A stretch of 64,000 bases of DNA from Camelus dromedarius (GCF_036321535.1 NC_087438.1:3970001-4034000), one strand, 5' to 3'. Numbered from the stretch's first letter, positions 37,470 through 50,258 are shown. Made by a program: numbers and translations. Notes: a model not told the origin generated them from the sequence alone.

Positions 37470-39949
37470 AAAACAAAAACAAAAACAAACAAACAAACAA
37501 AAACAAAGCATAAATAAAGGACAGAAATAGACTCACAGAGAATACAGACTTGTGGTTACCAGGGGGGTGGAGGGTGGGAAGGGATAGACTGGGATTTCAA
37601 AATTATAGAATAGACTACACTGTATAGCACAGGGAAATATACACAAAATGTTATGATAACTCACAGAGAAAAAAATGTGACAATGAGTGTGTATATGTCC
37701 ATGAATAACTGAAAAATTGTGCTGAACACTGGAATTTGACACAACATTGTAAAATGATTATAAATCAATAAAAAATGTTAAAAAAAATACCTTGTAATAA
37801 CCTTTAATGAAAAAGAATATGAAAATGAATGCATGTATGCATATGTATGACTGGGACATTATGCTGTACACCAGATATTAATGCATTGTAATTAACTATA
37901 CCCCAATTTAAAAAAAACTCACATGTTGAAACCTAACCTCCCAAGTGATGGTTTTACGAGGGGGATCGCATGCGTGTGGAGCCCACACGAATGAGATTAA
38001 TGTCCTTATAAAAGAGACCCCAGAGAGCTCCCCTCCATTCACTGTGTGAGGACACAGAGAGAGGATGACAGTCAGTGGACCAGGAAGGGGGTTCTCTCAG
38101 ACACTCAATCTGCCAGCACCTTGACCTGGGGCTTCCAGCCCCAGAGCTGTGATAAGTAAGTTTCTGTTGTTTATAAGCCAGCCAGACTATGGTATTTTCG
38201 TTACAGCAGCCCCGATGGACTAAGACAGGGAGTGTGCGGTGGGGGGGCCACCAGTAAAAAGCTGGGTGAAGTATATAGCAAAGCAGCTGTGAGTGAAGAC
38301 ACAAGTGTCTATCAAATGTCTATTTCCTTCACAAGCAAAATGAAGAGAAAGTGCCAGCTTTAGCAAGCCTAACGCTCTCAAGACCCTCCTTCATGAAGCT
38401 GTATTTATACGTTCCTACACTACACATTGCTTAAAAAAATAAAATCTTGTTCTCCAAGCAAATGAGCTTCTCTGCCAATTCTCCATCATTATGAAGGCGG
38501 AAAATGAGATTTCTTCACGGTGGTGTGCTTCAGCACTCAGCGTGACTGGTTTCTTCCCAGTGTTGCTAGGATGCGTGTCTGCATTCAGTCTGTGATAAGA
38601 TACCTATTTCGTCTGGAGAAACTTCTAGATGATAAGGTCCCATGAATAGCCAGACAGTTTAGCGTCATCTTTTATTTCATGTGCTTTTCCCCTTTGAAAC
38701 GTTCCAGGCATTCTAAGTGGAGGAAGAAGAGTCAGTGAAGACCAGCTTGCCCCGTGATGGGAGAAAGGCCGCCATCCCGCAGTCCCAGACCCTTCCTAAC
38801 CCCACGTAGAAGCCAAATCCTGGACTTGAGTGCTCCGACGCTTTTTTAAAAGTTCACAAACTCTCCTTCACTGACCCTGTGACGCATCAAGGGAATTTAG
38901 GTCTTTGCTTCTTGTTCGCTCTTTGTTGCTTGCCTTGCACGAGGGGATGAGAAAAGGAAAGCTGCTCCTACTGGTTCCTGCGTCCGCCCTCTGGGCCCAC
39001 GCAGCAGCCTCAGCCGGCGCCCCGGAGGCGGACACACCAACCGAGGCAGCACCTCGCTCCCCGGGGCCCGGGCTGCCCACCAGTGCTGCACAGGGTGGGT
39101 AGCAGGTCAGGGAAGCTGCAGACACTGAGAGAGCTTTGTTTAAACGTTGTTGAGCGTTCGCTTTTTTAAGTACACAAAATACGCAAAAGCAAAAAAAATG
39201 TAAGTTTCTAGTGTCTTTTCATCTTCATGTAAGACCTCGGGATGGTCTACAAGTATTTTGAAAGGCAGAGAAGATGGCAGCAAAAATGTTGCATTCCCAG
39301 GTGCCAGGATTACCTCTGGATTTGCTCCAGGCCCCAGGTCCTTTCTGATCCCAGGCACACAGATCTGGGTCTCATCCTTCTGAAACACTAGGACCAGGAA
39401 GAAAGACCAGAATAAACCAAAGGGTCCTCCCAGATGGAAAGTCTGCAGAGCTGGAGAGAGGATGACTTCTCAGATGCTGTGGGTGGCACAGAATCCAGGC
39501 GACTTCCTCGGACCCTCACTGGGACTTAATAGGCACCATTCACAATGACCCAGGGTTGTTCCAGTGAAACATGTTTGAATTTATTTTGTTCTGAAATAGA
39601 GCTGACTTTACAAATCAGTGGCATGAATTGAGGAACTCCCTCTTATTTCCTTCCAATGTCTTTCCAATTATTTTATTAGTGAATGACCTTCCACCTTCCA
39701 ATTAAATATGCACAAAATGGTTTGTTAACCTTTTTATTTCTTTAAAAACCTGCTCTTAAAATGTAACTGCTTTGGAAAGGTGTAACCACATAAACCTTGG
39801 TTATGGTTAGTCAGTCATTTCTGAGAATCGTATAATGGGATTTAAGTCCTAAAATAAATGGGTTACAATTTGCAAGTAGTTTGGAGGAGGGAGAGGAGAT
39901 AAAAAATAAAAAGAAATGAAAAGCAGGGACAATTCCTCAATGTTTACTC

Positions 39950-42335
39950 TATTTTTTGATAACTGCTCTATTGAGCTATAACTCATGCACCATACAACTC
40001 ACCCATTTAAGTGTACAATTCAAGTTTCTGTACATCCTGCATTGAGTGACCAGCACCACAATTTTGGAACATTCTTATAACCCCCAAATAAATGCCATGT
40101 TCATTACCAGCCACTTTTTATTTACTCTATTTTTTTGTCTCTGCAAAAATTTTGTGAAACTGGAACCATGAACTATCTTTTAGACTAATTTCCTTCAGTT
40201 AGCATGTTTTCAAGTTTCATTCTTGTTGTAGCATGTGCCAGTCTTCATTCTTTTTATTGCTGCATAATATTCCATTGTATGGATAGGTCATCTTTTATTT
40301 GTCCCTTCCCCCACTGGATGTCAGGTTGTTCCCACTCTCCGGTTGCTACGAAGTTCACTTACAGGTTTCTGTGTGGACATGCAACTTCATGTTTGAATAC
40401 GTACCTCTGGGCGACTTTCTGAGCAACTGCCCACTGTCTTCCCAAGGAGTTGCCCTCTGCACAGTGTATGAGGGCTCCAGTTGCTCCCCGTCCTCACTCA
40501 CACTTGTTGTCATTGGTCTTTGTGATTATGGCTGTTCTAGTGGGTATGAAGTGATACTTTCCATTTGCATTTCTCTGATGCCTAAGACATTGAGTATCTT
40601 TTCATGTACTTATTGCTCATATGTACATCTCCTTTGGAGAAATTTTTATTTGGATACTTTTCCTATTTTTAAATTGGGTTATTTTTCTTTTTACTTTTCA
40701 TCTATAAGTGTTTTTATATATTATAAATACAAATCCCTTACCAGAAAATGATTTGCAAAAATTCTCTATCATTCTGCAGGATTTCTTTTTTCTTTTACTT
40801 TATTGATGGCATCTTTCAAAGCACAGAAGTGTTAAATTAGGATGAAGTCCAGTTTGTCTATATTTTCTTTTGTTGCTTCTGCTTTTGGCGTGGTATCTAA
40901 GAACCTGTTCTCTAATCCAAGGTCATGTTTTTTCTAATAGTTTCATAGTTTTAGCCCTTACATGAGAAGTGTGATCAATTTTGAGTTAATTTTTGTATAT
41001 TTGTGAGGTAATGACCTAAACTTATTCTTCTGCATGTGGTTCTATCCAGTTGTCCCAGTACCATTTGCTGGAGACTACTTTCCCCTGTTGAGTCGTCTTG
41101 GTATCTTTGTTCAAAAGTCAACTGACTAAAAATGTTAGGGTTTAGTTCTGGACTCTTCATCCTAATTCATTGATCTACAAGTCTATCATTATGCCAGTAC
41201 TTGATTACTTTAGCTTTGTAGTAAGTTTTGAAATTGGAAAGTCCTCCTTTTTTAAGATTGTTTTAGATATTCTGAGTTCCTTGAATTTTCATATGAATTT
41301 TTAGGATCATCTTGTTAATTTCTGCAAGAATGCCAACTGAGATCTTAACAGGGATTTTGTTGAATCCATGGATCCATTTGGAAAGAATAACCATAGTAAT
41401 AATATAAAGTCTTCTGATCTAAGAATATGGAATATCTTTTTATTTATTTAGGTCTTCTTTAATTTATTTCCACAATGTACTGTAGTATTCAGTGTAAGTC
41501 TTGGACTTCTTTTACTAAATTTTCTGTAAGTATTTTATTCTTTCTAATGCTAGTATAAATGGAATTGTTCCCTTAATTTTATTTTCAGGTTGTTCATTGC
41601 CACTGTATATAAGTAAAATTGGTTATTACATATTGAGTTTGTATCCTGCAACCTTCCTGAACTCTCTTATTCCAGTAACTTGTGTGGATTCCTTCAGATA
41701 CTGTATGCGCAAGATTATGCCATCTTCAGTTAGAGATACTTTTACTTCTTCTTTTTTCAGCAACATGTGTTATATGTAAGTTTCTGACATGACTGTCCTG
41801 GATAGAACCTCAGGTACAATGTTGAGTAGAAGTAGTGAGAACAGATATCCTTGTCTTGTTCCTGATCTTCGAGGAGAAGCTTTCAGTGCCTCACTGTTAA
41901 GTAGAGTGTTATGCCTGAGTATTCATAGATCCCCTTTATCAAGTTGAAAAAGTTCCTTTCAGTTTTCAGTTTCTTGAGTGTTTTTACGTTGATAAATTGT
42001 TGAATTTTAACAATGATATTTATGCATATATTGAGGTGGTTGACAACATTAATTGATTTTCAAATGTTAAACCAACCTCACATTTCTATGTAAATCCCAC
42101 TGATCATGGTATGCAATATACTTAGTATATTGCTGGATTTAGTTTGCCAGTATTTTGTTGAGGATTTTTGCATCTCTTTCATAGGAGATAATGGTCTATA
42201 GTTTCTTTTATTTTAACAGTTTTGTCTGATTTGGGTATCATGGTAATACCAGCCTTATGGAATGAGTTTAGAAGTGTCCCATCTTCTATTTTTCAGAAGA
42301 GTTTGTAAATAATTGGTGTTAATTTCTCTTTAAAT
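39950..42335 (-). mobile_element. Old L1 (L1MA/MB-like) 3' portion, antisense
   Basis: 3' terminus at left (attgagctataactca...ccatttaagtgtacaattca). Minus ORF 40975-41160 SPELNPNIFSQLTFE matches ORF2 [15 protein letters not shown]. Confidence 0.88.
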
Positions 42336-44613
42336 GTTAAAAAAAAGTCTGATATTAGATGAATATTGCCATGCAAAGCTGGATTTTAGACAACATGCTT
42401 AAATCAAAAAACTACTAAAAGCCAACAATGGATTTACTGAAAAAAAACAGCTCTCCTGAATCAAGCCGCACTTTGGTAATAGGAATGTGGATAGAGCCTT
42501 AATAAGCAAATCAGCTAACAGCTGCTACTTGCTGAAACTGTAATTGTAAAGGACTATTTGTAGGGCCCACAGTTTGCAGTGGTATATGGAGGCACGGTCA
42601 GAGATGGGTCGTTTGGTGAATAGTAAAGCTGTAGAAAGATGGATTTAAATGTTCTCCTCTGGAAACAACAGAGAGAGGTCAAGGCAGAACAACCAGAGGA
42701 AGTTCAAACCTGCACCTACTTCTCAGGGCAAATCGGAAAGGCTGAAAGCCCGCGGTCGGGCTCGCGTGGTCTGGCCTGTCCCTCAGCGACAGCCTGCAGG
42801 GCTGGCTCTGTTCTGCATTTTCCCTCCCAGCTGGAGCCTGGCAGCTGCAATGTCCATAATTATGGAAGATTGTCTCGTTTTCTGCTCTGTGGTTGAAATA
42901 ATGACAGTCTCTCTTTTTATTACTGTTCTAATGGCTTCACATTCTGAATCACTGTGATATTATTAATAATGGCAAAAGGGGTCTTATTTAGCATAGGGAG
43001 AACTTCCCCATACATCACTTTAAGAGTGGATGGCTGAGCTGACAGGTCAACAAAGCTGCCCACAGACGCGGCTGAGCCACTGAAGGATGCAGCCGTGCAG
43101 GGGCGCATGTGGGATGACACAGCAGTGCTTTGCTCACTCGTTCACGCTGGAAAGACATGCAAACCTGAGCCCTGCATCTCAGAACAGACAGGGCACTTCT
43201 TAAAAGCATGGTTTTTATCCTTTAAATATGCAACATTTTACTGAGCTCCTGGGTGTACGCCATTTCCAAAATGGAATGAACAGAATCGACTTGAAATATA
43301 AAGCACATAAAGGACAGCAAAGAGGCATAAACACACTTTTGTGAGCAGTGTGAGCATGATTGTTTCACAAAGGGTCTAAACTGTTCTGGAGAAGAGCACA
43401 CTGACTGGGCACTCTGGTCCCGCAGAAAACCCACCAGTGCTCCTTCCTGGATGTAAGGGAAATGTGGCTCCAGGGCCTGAGGTTCAATTCTTTTCCACCT
43501 TGATAATAAATTAGCCATGAATAGAATGCCCTGAAATGTGACCTTTTCTGGAAAGACAACAGCTCATGCTGACCTGAAGTGCCTTCACCAAGACCAAAGT
43601 CTGTCCTCCACCCCTTCTTGGTCTCTCCCAGCCCTTTCTGCCTCCTCCCTCCCTTCCCGTCTCCATTTTTGGGGCCCTTTATCCTCTACCTCCAGCAATG
43701 ATCACACCAGCATCTCATAGTCTTTTCCCTGCGTGTTCTTCCAAATTCTACTCTTACTGTAATTTATCAGCAGGTAAGCACTTGGAGTTGCTTACAGCAT
43801 TAAGCATCAGGCTAACACTTTATTGTCTGTTCTCATTTACGACAGAACACTTATCAGGGCGTCATTACTCAAGCCGGCCATCACCAGTGACAACACTGCA
43901 ATACCAGGAAGGACACTGAAAGACAGAGCCAAAAACTGTGGAAGCCAGGTGATAAATCGGATTCATCACCTCCCCTGACCGTCCGGGAGCAAGAACAGAA
44001 AGTTTAGGATGCCTTTAGATGATTCCAGAAATCCATCTCCTTAATGAAGGAAATGTAACTTATTCAGAGCTTGTAAACGTTTGTCTGCGTTGTTGGAGTT
44101 TCACATGCATCAAAATGAAATGCGAGAGCCCTACGCATGTAAGACAGTGTCACGGTTTAGTTTTCAGCTCTGAGAGGAAAGTGGGGCCCAGCTATTGAAG
44201 CACCACAGTGAAAAGACAACAGCTAAAATGCCCTGATCTTTCTTATTTCGTATTCTTCTCTTTAACCTGACCTAACATGTGAACATCTCAGACAACACAT
44301 ATGTGACTGGACAGGGCAAGTCCCAGTAAGCGGATGCGGAGGGCTTGTTTGAGAGGTGTCGCCATCTTTACATCAGATTAAACTGTTCTGCATGAGGGTA
44401 GGCAGATAGGGAAGCTTGGGCAATTGCTCCAGAGTTTGAAGGTTCTGAAGTCTAGGGTCTGGGCAGGTAGAAGAGAAAACACCAAAGACGTGAACACAAT
44501 TGAATCTGGCTGGGGTGTCGAGGGGGAAGAAACAGGAGGGAAGGGGGACTTCACAGAGGCTGGCGTGACTTTACAAAGAATGGGGGAAGGCTAATGCCTT
44601 CAGGGTCTCCCTC

Positions 44614-44940
44614 TGTCTCAGCTGGTGCTCTTGTGACAAAAGGACCACAGACTGGGTGCCTTATCAACAAGAAATTTATTTCTCACAATTCTGGAGGCTG
44701 GTGCTGGCAGATTCGGTGTCTGGTGAGAACCCACTTCCCATTCATAGACAACCGTCCTCTCCCCATAATCTCAGCTGGTGGAAGGACGGCTGCTCTCTGG
44801 GGCCCTCTATAAGGGCCCATCACGGGGGTTCCTCCCTCAAGACCTAATCACCTCCCAGAACCCCACCTCCAAACACCATCACACTGGGGGTTAGGATTTG
44901 TCATGAACTTTGGGGGGACACAAACATTCAGTCCACAGAA
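44614..44940 (-). mobile_element. MaLR LTR (MLT1A/B-like), antisense
   Basis: accacagactgggtg...aaatttatttctcacaattctggaggctgg...ggggacacaaacattcagtcca is the reverse complement of the LTR start seen at 31724. Confidence 0.8.
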
Positions 44941-45444
44941 CTCTGGCAGAGCACCTGTCCCCAGGGGCTCGCTCTGGAAACCTCAGGACCAGTGGTCTCG
45001 GGGCTGGGTGGGCACCTCTTCCTGGGGACAACTTGTCAAACTCAGTATTTCCGAGCAGAGAGACAGACTGGATGCCCTTTCCTTGGTTCTTTCTGTATCA
45101 AGCTGAGAGGGAAAGGCGCTCTCCATGTCGGGTGCTAGACAGACAAGGAAGGGCAGCAGGGACCAGGGCCTTCGGCACCTTGCACTAGACCCTCCTTGAG
45201 TTCACTCCCAGGGTCGGGGTCTTATACATGTTCATTTCCCCCGCAGCATATTTCCAGTTCTGAACAATCGGGGAAAGAAGAGAGCTGGACTGAATGCAGA
45301 GAACGAGAAAGGCGGTCCCTTGCCCCAGTCGTGTCTGCTTCCCACAATATCTGTGTTCCAGTTTTTATGACCAAGACACTGGAAGGAGTGGGCTCTGGGA
45401 TTTCAGCTCCCTTTTCATGTTCCTCCCTAAGGAATGGGTTTAAT

Positions 45445-46405
45445 TTTTTTCTTTTTTTTCCCTTTTTTTATGGAAGTATAGTTAATTTATAATATTGTGT
45501 TAGTTTCAGATATAGAGCACAGTGATTCAGTTTGGTTGTTTTTCTTTTTTTCCAGATTATATTCCATTATAGGTTGTTACAAGACATTGAAAATAATTCC
45601 TGGTGTTAAATGATAAATCCTTGTTGCTTTTCTACTTTATGTATAGTAGTTTATATCTGTTAATTCTATACTTCTAATTTGTCCTTCCCCTCTTCCCTCT
45701 GCCCTTCAGTAACCTCGGTTTATTTTCTATGTCTGTGAGTTTGTTTCTGCTTTGTATATAGATTCATTTGTAATACTTTATAAGTTCCATATATAATTTG
45801 TAACATGTAGTATTTCTCTTTCTCTGACTTATTTCACTAAGCATAATATTCTCTAGGTCCATCCATGTTGCTGCAAATGGCAATTATTTCACTTCTTTTT
45901 ATGGCTAAGTAATATCTTGTATGTGTGTGTGTGTATGTGTGTATATGGATGGTGTGTGTGTGTGTGTATAACACACATAAAATCTTTATAAGCTAATTGT
46001 CTGTGGGTGGGCATTTGGGTTGTGTCCATGTCTTAGCTATTGTAAATTGTGCTGCTGTGAGCATTGGGGTGCATGTATCTCTTCAAATTAGTGGATTTTT
46101 TTTAACCAGATATACACCCAGGAGTGTAATTGCTGGATCATATGTTTACCTTATTTTTAGTTTTTAAAGAAACCTCCATAGTGTTTTCCATAGTGGCTGT
46201 AACAATTTACATTCCCACTAACAGTGTAGGAGGGTCCCCTTTTCTCCACAGCCTCTCCAGGATTTATTATTTGCAGACTTTCTGATGATGGCCATTCTGA
46301 GAGGTGTGAGGTTATATCTTATTGTGGATTTGATTTGCATTTCTCTAAAAATTTGCAATGCTGAGCATCTTTTCATATACCTGTTGGCCATCTGTATGTC
46401 TTCTT
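45445..46405 (-). mobile_element. L1 3' fragment, antisense, with an internal (TG)n at about 45919-45968
   Basis: Reverse complement of the ORF2 tail and 3'UTR seen at 31766-32200 and 36900-37450 (catgttgctgcaaatggc; cattggggtgcatgtatc; tgctggatcatatg). Confidence 0.9.
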
Positions 46406-46844
46406 AAGAAAAAAGAAGTTTTATAGCAGAATTCTGTGTTAATTTTATAGCAGTTAAATTTTCTCACAATTTATCTCTTTCTCTGACTCATTGAACCTAC
46501 CAGAATTCTAATGGATTAAACTCCTATAATATGTACTTAATATGTACTTTTTCTTACAATTACATTTATTTTTGAGAACTGCTTGGTCAGTAACCCATCT
46601 CCACAGTTTTTAAAAAACAAACGTGGTCCTAATAAAAAGATTAGATGATCCTACGTAATGTTGAATGCTCAGATCTGTTTTTCCAGACGCCCAGGTCCCC
46701 TACCATGTATAGTGTATATGAAATGTGTATAAATGCTTTCTAAATGACGGGAAAATAAGGGAGGAGCGTTAATAGATCGTCTCTTCCAATTGTGCTTCTA
46801 GGTTTTTCAAGGTGTGTAAAATCCATCATAGTCCCTTGGGAGAC

Positions 46845-46846
<2 letters not shown>

Positions 46847-46878
<32 letters not shown>

Positions 46879-46891
46879 TACTATTATTATT
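46847..46891. repeat. (ATT)n microsatellite with ACT interruptions
   Basis: Seen directly. Confidence 0.9.
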
Positions 46892-48108
46892 AATATCAAT
46901 CTTAAAAAAATCAAACTTTACCTTTTTTCCTGTTTTATCAAAGTATATTCTTTAAGCTCTTCTTTTCTTCCTGTTCTTGTAAAATAACTTTAATTTTCCG
47001 GAGACACGTGAAAAAGGATCTTCTCTCAACTGACGAGATTTGCCAAGGCAAAATAACAAGGTGGTGTTTGAATTAGAATGTCAGCTATGATGTCAAAATG
47101 ACATTCCGTGGACTGTTTGTGGAATAGGTACACAGAGCAAGCTACTTGCCAGCCTGGCCACCACACACATCTTCCCTCTGTCACCAGGACACTCCAGGGG
47201 GATTACAGAGCAACAGCTACTGTATGGAGACGCAGGAAAGGAGGGTTAACCTGCATTTGCTATTGTCTCCCCTGCAGGGCAATTGTAACAAGACCACCAG
47301 TCTGCTGTTGGCTAATGAGCCAGCCATGCGTATTGCTTTAGAATCCTTGGAGAAAAGCTGCTACACAAACACCAATTTTTGCTAATAACAGATGTTTATT
47401 CTCGGTGACCCCGGTTGGCCAGAGGTCTGAAGTCTTTGCATCTCAAGGAAACTGGACTGGCAAACTCTCATTGCAGCTGAGCTGAAGGGAGATGGTCTAG
47501 ACTCCGGTGCAGTCCGGGAACCACAGCTCTCGTCTCTGATTTTTCAAACTCACTTTTGAAGTGCAAGTGTGATCGTTTATTGTGCTTTATGGATTTAAAT
47601 TTCCCCTTGTTCTATTCACGTAGGTTTCACTTTGGGAGCTGAAGTGCTTTTTTTTTTTTAATGACTAATTATTTCTATGAGAAAAGGATCACTTCTAACT
47701 TACTGGGTCATTGTAAGTATCATTTAAGAAAATTGAACAGTCACAGCATTCTAGTGCATAATTAGGTGGCTGCTTAATATTTGTGATGTGTTTAGGTCAT
47801 GCTCCATTTGGCTTACTTTATTTGAAATAAACTACATTTTCATCTTCATTGTGATGCATGGAAACATGGTAGAGGCAAATGATTTCTTTATCCTGCTTCC
47901 TACAAAGGAGGCTGTGTATAAACCTGAATTTTAAATGATTTCTCTACTCAAGCGCTTCTGATGGGGTCAGGTAGAGTCATTTGTAAAAGTGTTACATAAA
48001 ATGCTGCCTAGGATACACGAAGCACTTTCCTGTGAAGGAGAAAAGAAGCGAGACAGCTTGACAAGCCCTCCCTCTCTGCCCCGGTGTTGGGGAGAGCTGA
48101 GATGCCCC

Positions 48109-48557
48109 TGTGCATTGAATTGTTTCCCCTCAAAAGACATGTGGAAGTCCTAATCCCAGTACCTGTGAATGTGAGTTTATTTGGAAATAGCTTCTTTGCA
48201 GATGGAATCGGGTTGAGATGAGGGCATGCTGCGTTAGTGGCACTGAGCCAGGGGCTGGTATCTCTCTAACTGGAAGGAGCACAGAGACACAGACACCCAC
48301 AGGGGATGCGAGTGATGATGGAGGCAGAGACTGGGGTGATGTGTCTACAAGCCGAGGAACATCAGGACTGCTAGCTAACACTGGGGCCCAGGAAAGGGGA
48401 AGGAAGGACCCTCCCCTAGAGCTTTCAGAGATAGCACAGCCCTGCCTGCACCTTGATTTTGGACTTCCAGCTGCTGGAGCTGTGAGACGATGAATTCCTA
48501 TTGTTTTAAGCCACCCAGTTGTTGTCAAGTGTAAAGACAGCCCCAGAAGACTCACAC
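48109..48557 (+). mobile_element. MaLR LTR (MLT1C/D-like)
   Basis: gtcctaatcccagtacctgtgaatgtga...ttatttggaaatag...gatggaggcagagactgggg...ccttgattttggacttccag...ttgttttaagccacccagtt. Confidence 0.8.
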
Positions 48558-49022
48558 GAAGGCTGGAGTGGAGCTTCCTCCAGGAGATTCCTCTGTGATT
48601 TAGATCAGAGCTGAGGACCACAGCACCCTTCCTGGTCAACCTTTAGGTCTCTGTCTGAAAAATTGTGAATGTCATTCAGAGAACACAGAGTCCCCAACAT
48701 GCAGGGAATCCCTGTGATCATCGGGGCACAGAGATTCTTAATTTTACAGATTGGGAAACTCAACAAAGGGCTGATAAGACCTTTTTAATTTATTCATAAC
48801 TGTATTGGAAAAAAATCACCCATTGCTTCTAAGCCGATAACCCTAGGCTGGGGGCAGCAGACACGTCCGTGGACAATCAAGAGGTCGTTTCTCCCTAGAG
48901 GCTGCCTGCCTAGGAACGGCTGTCCCTGGGCCCTTTCTCCGTGGTTTGCCAAGGGTCAGGGTGACTGTCACTTTCCTGGCAACCTTGGGAGGCCATCTCA
49001 AGGCTGAGGACACATCTTCAGG

Positions 49023-49041
49023 GGTCCTCCAGGGGGCGCTG
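49023..49041 (+). promoter_or_regulatory. Candidate CTCF binding site
   Basis: GGTCCTCCAGGGGGCGCTG matches consensus TGGCCACCAGGGGGCGCTA at 15/19, with an intact CCAGGGGGCGCT core. Motif only. Confidence 0.55.
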
Positions 49042-49467
49042 CCATCAACTTCCTAGGATAGTTTGGCTTTTTTGGGGACTCAGCTGGGAAACTCTCCAGG
49101 GTCCATTTCCACCAACATCTCCCACCTCTGCCAGCCCTCCTTCACCCAGGAGCAGGGCTTTGTGGCAGGATGTGTGTTGGAAACCAAAATGCCAGTCGGT
49201 TAATATACCAGAATCAGTGAATCTACTCTGCACAGGGAGACGGCGTGCCACTGAGCCCCAAGCCCAGAGCAGAGCAGGCGGAGTGGCAGAGAGACCGTGG
49301 GTGAGTGGGGAGGGCAGGGATTTATCTCTTCTCTCCTCTTTTCCCTTCTGTCCAGGCCAGTCACCTTCACAGCAGACGCATTTCCACAGAGCTGTGTCTG
49401 GGGCAGAAAGACGTGCTTCCTTATCTGTGTTCCTGCAGCTTTTATATCTCCCTTCACTCTGGCAAAT

Positions 49468-49852
49468 GTTGTCAGGGCTGCACTTGTTGGCCTCTCCAGA
49501 CATACAGAACCAGATGGATTTTAAAGAATTGGCTCCTGGGATGATGGAGGCTGGCAGGGCCCACATTTGCAAGTTGAGCCAGCAGGCTGGGGACCTTGGA
49601 GTCCCATTCCAGCTCTAGTCCAAAGGCCATCTGCTGGAGAATCCTTCTAGCCCAGGGGAGGTCAGGCTTTTGTTCTGTTTAGGCCTTTAACTGATCAGAC
49701 AAGGCCCACCTGCGTTAGGGAGGGCAACTTGCTTTACACAACATTCACATATTTAAATGTTAACTTCATCCAAAAACACCCTCACAGCAACATCCAGAAT
49801 AATGTTTAATCAAATATCGGAGTCAAATTGACACATACAATTAACCATCACA
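49468..49852 (-). mobile_element. ERVL LTR (MLT2-like), antisense
   Basis: ctccagacatacagaacc...aagaattggctc...gatggaggctggca...aggcccacc...ccaaaaacaccctcacag...ttgacacatacaattaaccatcaca. Confidence 0.8.
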
Positions 49853-50164
49853 CGTACTTTATGCATATTACATATAACATATAAATATATATAACATGTA
49901 TATGTACATGTGTAGTGTAATCATTTATATATAAACATTGCCATCTTATGCCATATGACATACATTATATATGTACATATACACATAATTTTTTTTATCA
50001 TTTATATATCTTGGCAGTAAGTTTCTAGAAACCAGTAAATTAGACAGGATATCTTTATATTTTTCCTAAGTTAGCTTATGGCCCAGTGCCCAACTGATAA
50101 TGTTTATTTTTTTAAACATAATTTCTTTTATTAAAATTTTTTTGTTAACTAACAGTAAGCCTCA

Positions 50165-50258
50165 TCTTTTTTTTTTTTTTTTTAAATGGAGTTACTGGGG
50201 ATTGAACCCAGGACCTCATGAAAGCTAAGCCGTGCTCTACCACTGAGCTACACCCCAC
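50165..50258 (-). mobile_element. tRNA-derived SINE (Vic-1-like)
   Basis: Reverse complement GGGGTGTAGCTCAGTGGTAGAGCACGGCTTAGC...GGGTTCAATCCCCAGTAACTCCATTT followed by poly(A); same family as 24337-24535. Confidence 0.88.

Larger units (their letters stand above)
32407..37785 (+). mobile_element. Young LINE-1, 5'-truncated and 5'-inverted (minus 32407-34800, plus 34801-37785)
   Basis: Perfect TSD aataccttgtaata at 32393-32406 and 37786-37799. ORF1 and the endonuclease lie on the minus strand; RT, C-terminal domain, 3'UTR, AATAAA and a short A tail lie on the plus strand. No 5'UTR. Confidence 0.97.
31766..37917 (+). mobile_element. Older 5'-truncated L1 (ORF2 tail plus 3'UTR), pieces 31766-32406 and 37800-37917
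   Basis: The two pieces join into a continuous L1 3' end matching the uninterrupted copy at 9003-9272. Degenerate TSD aaaattcatat (31753-31763) versus aaaactcacat (37914-37924). Confidence 0.88.
31724..38227 (+). mobile_element. MLT1A/B-like MaLR solo LTR split by L1 insertions (pieces about 31724-31765 and 37914-38227)
   Basis: 5' piece tgctatagactgaatgtt...caaaattcatat; 3' piece catgttgaaacctaa...ggactaagaca; TG...CA ends; flanks gggtg (31719-31723) and gggag (38228-38232) form a 4/5 TSD. Confidence 0.85.
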
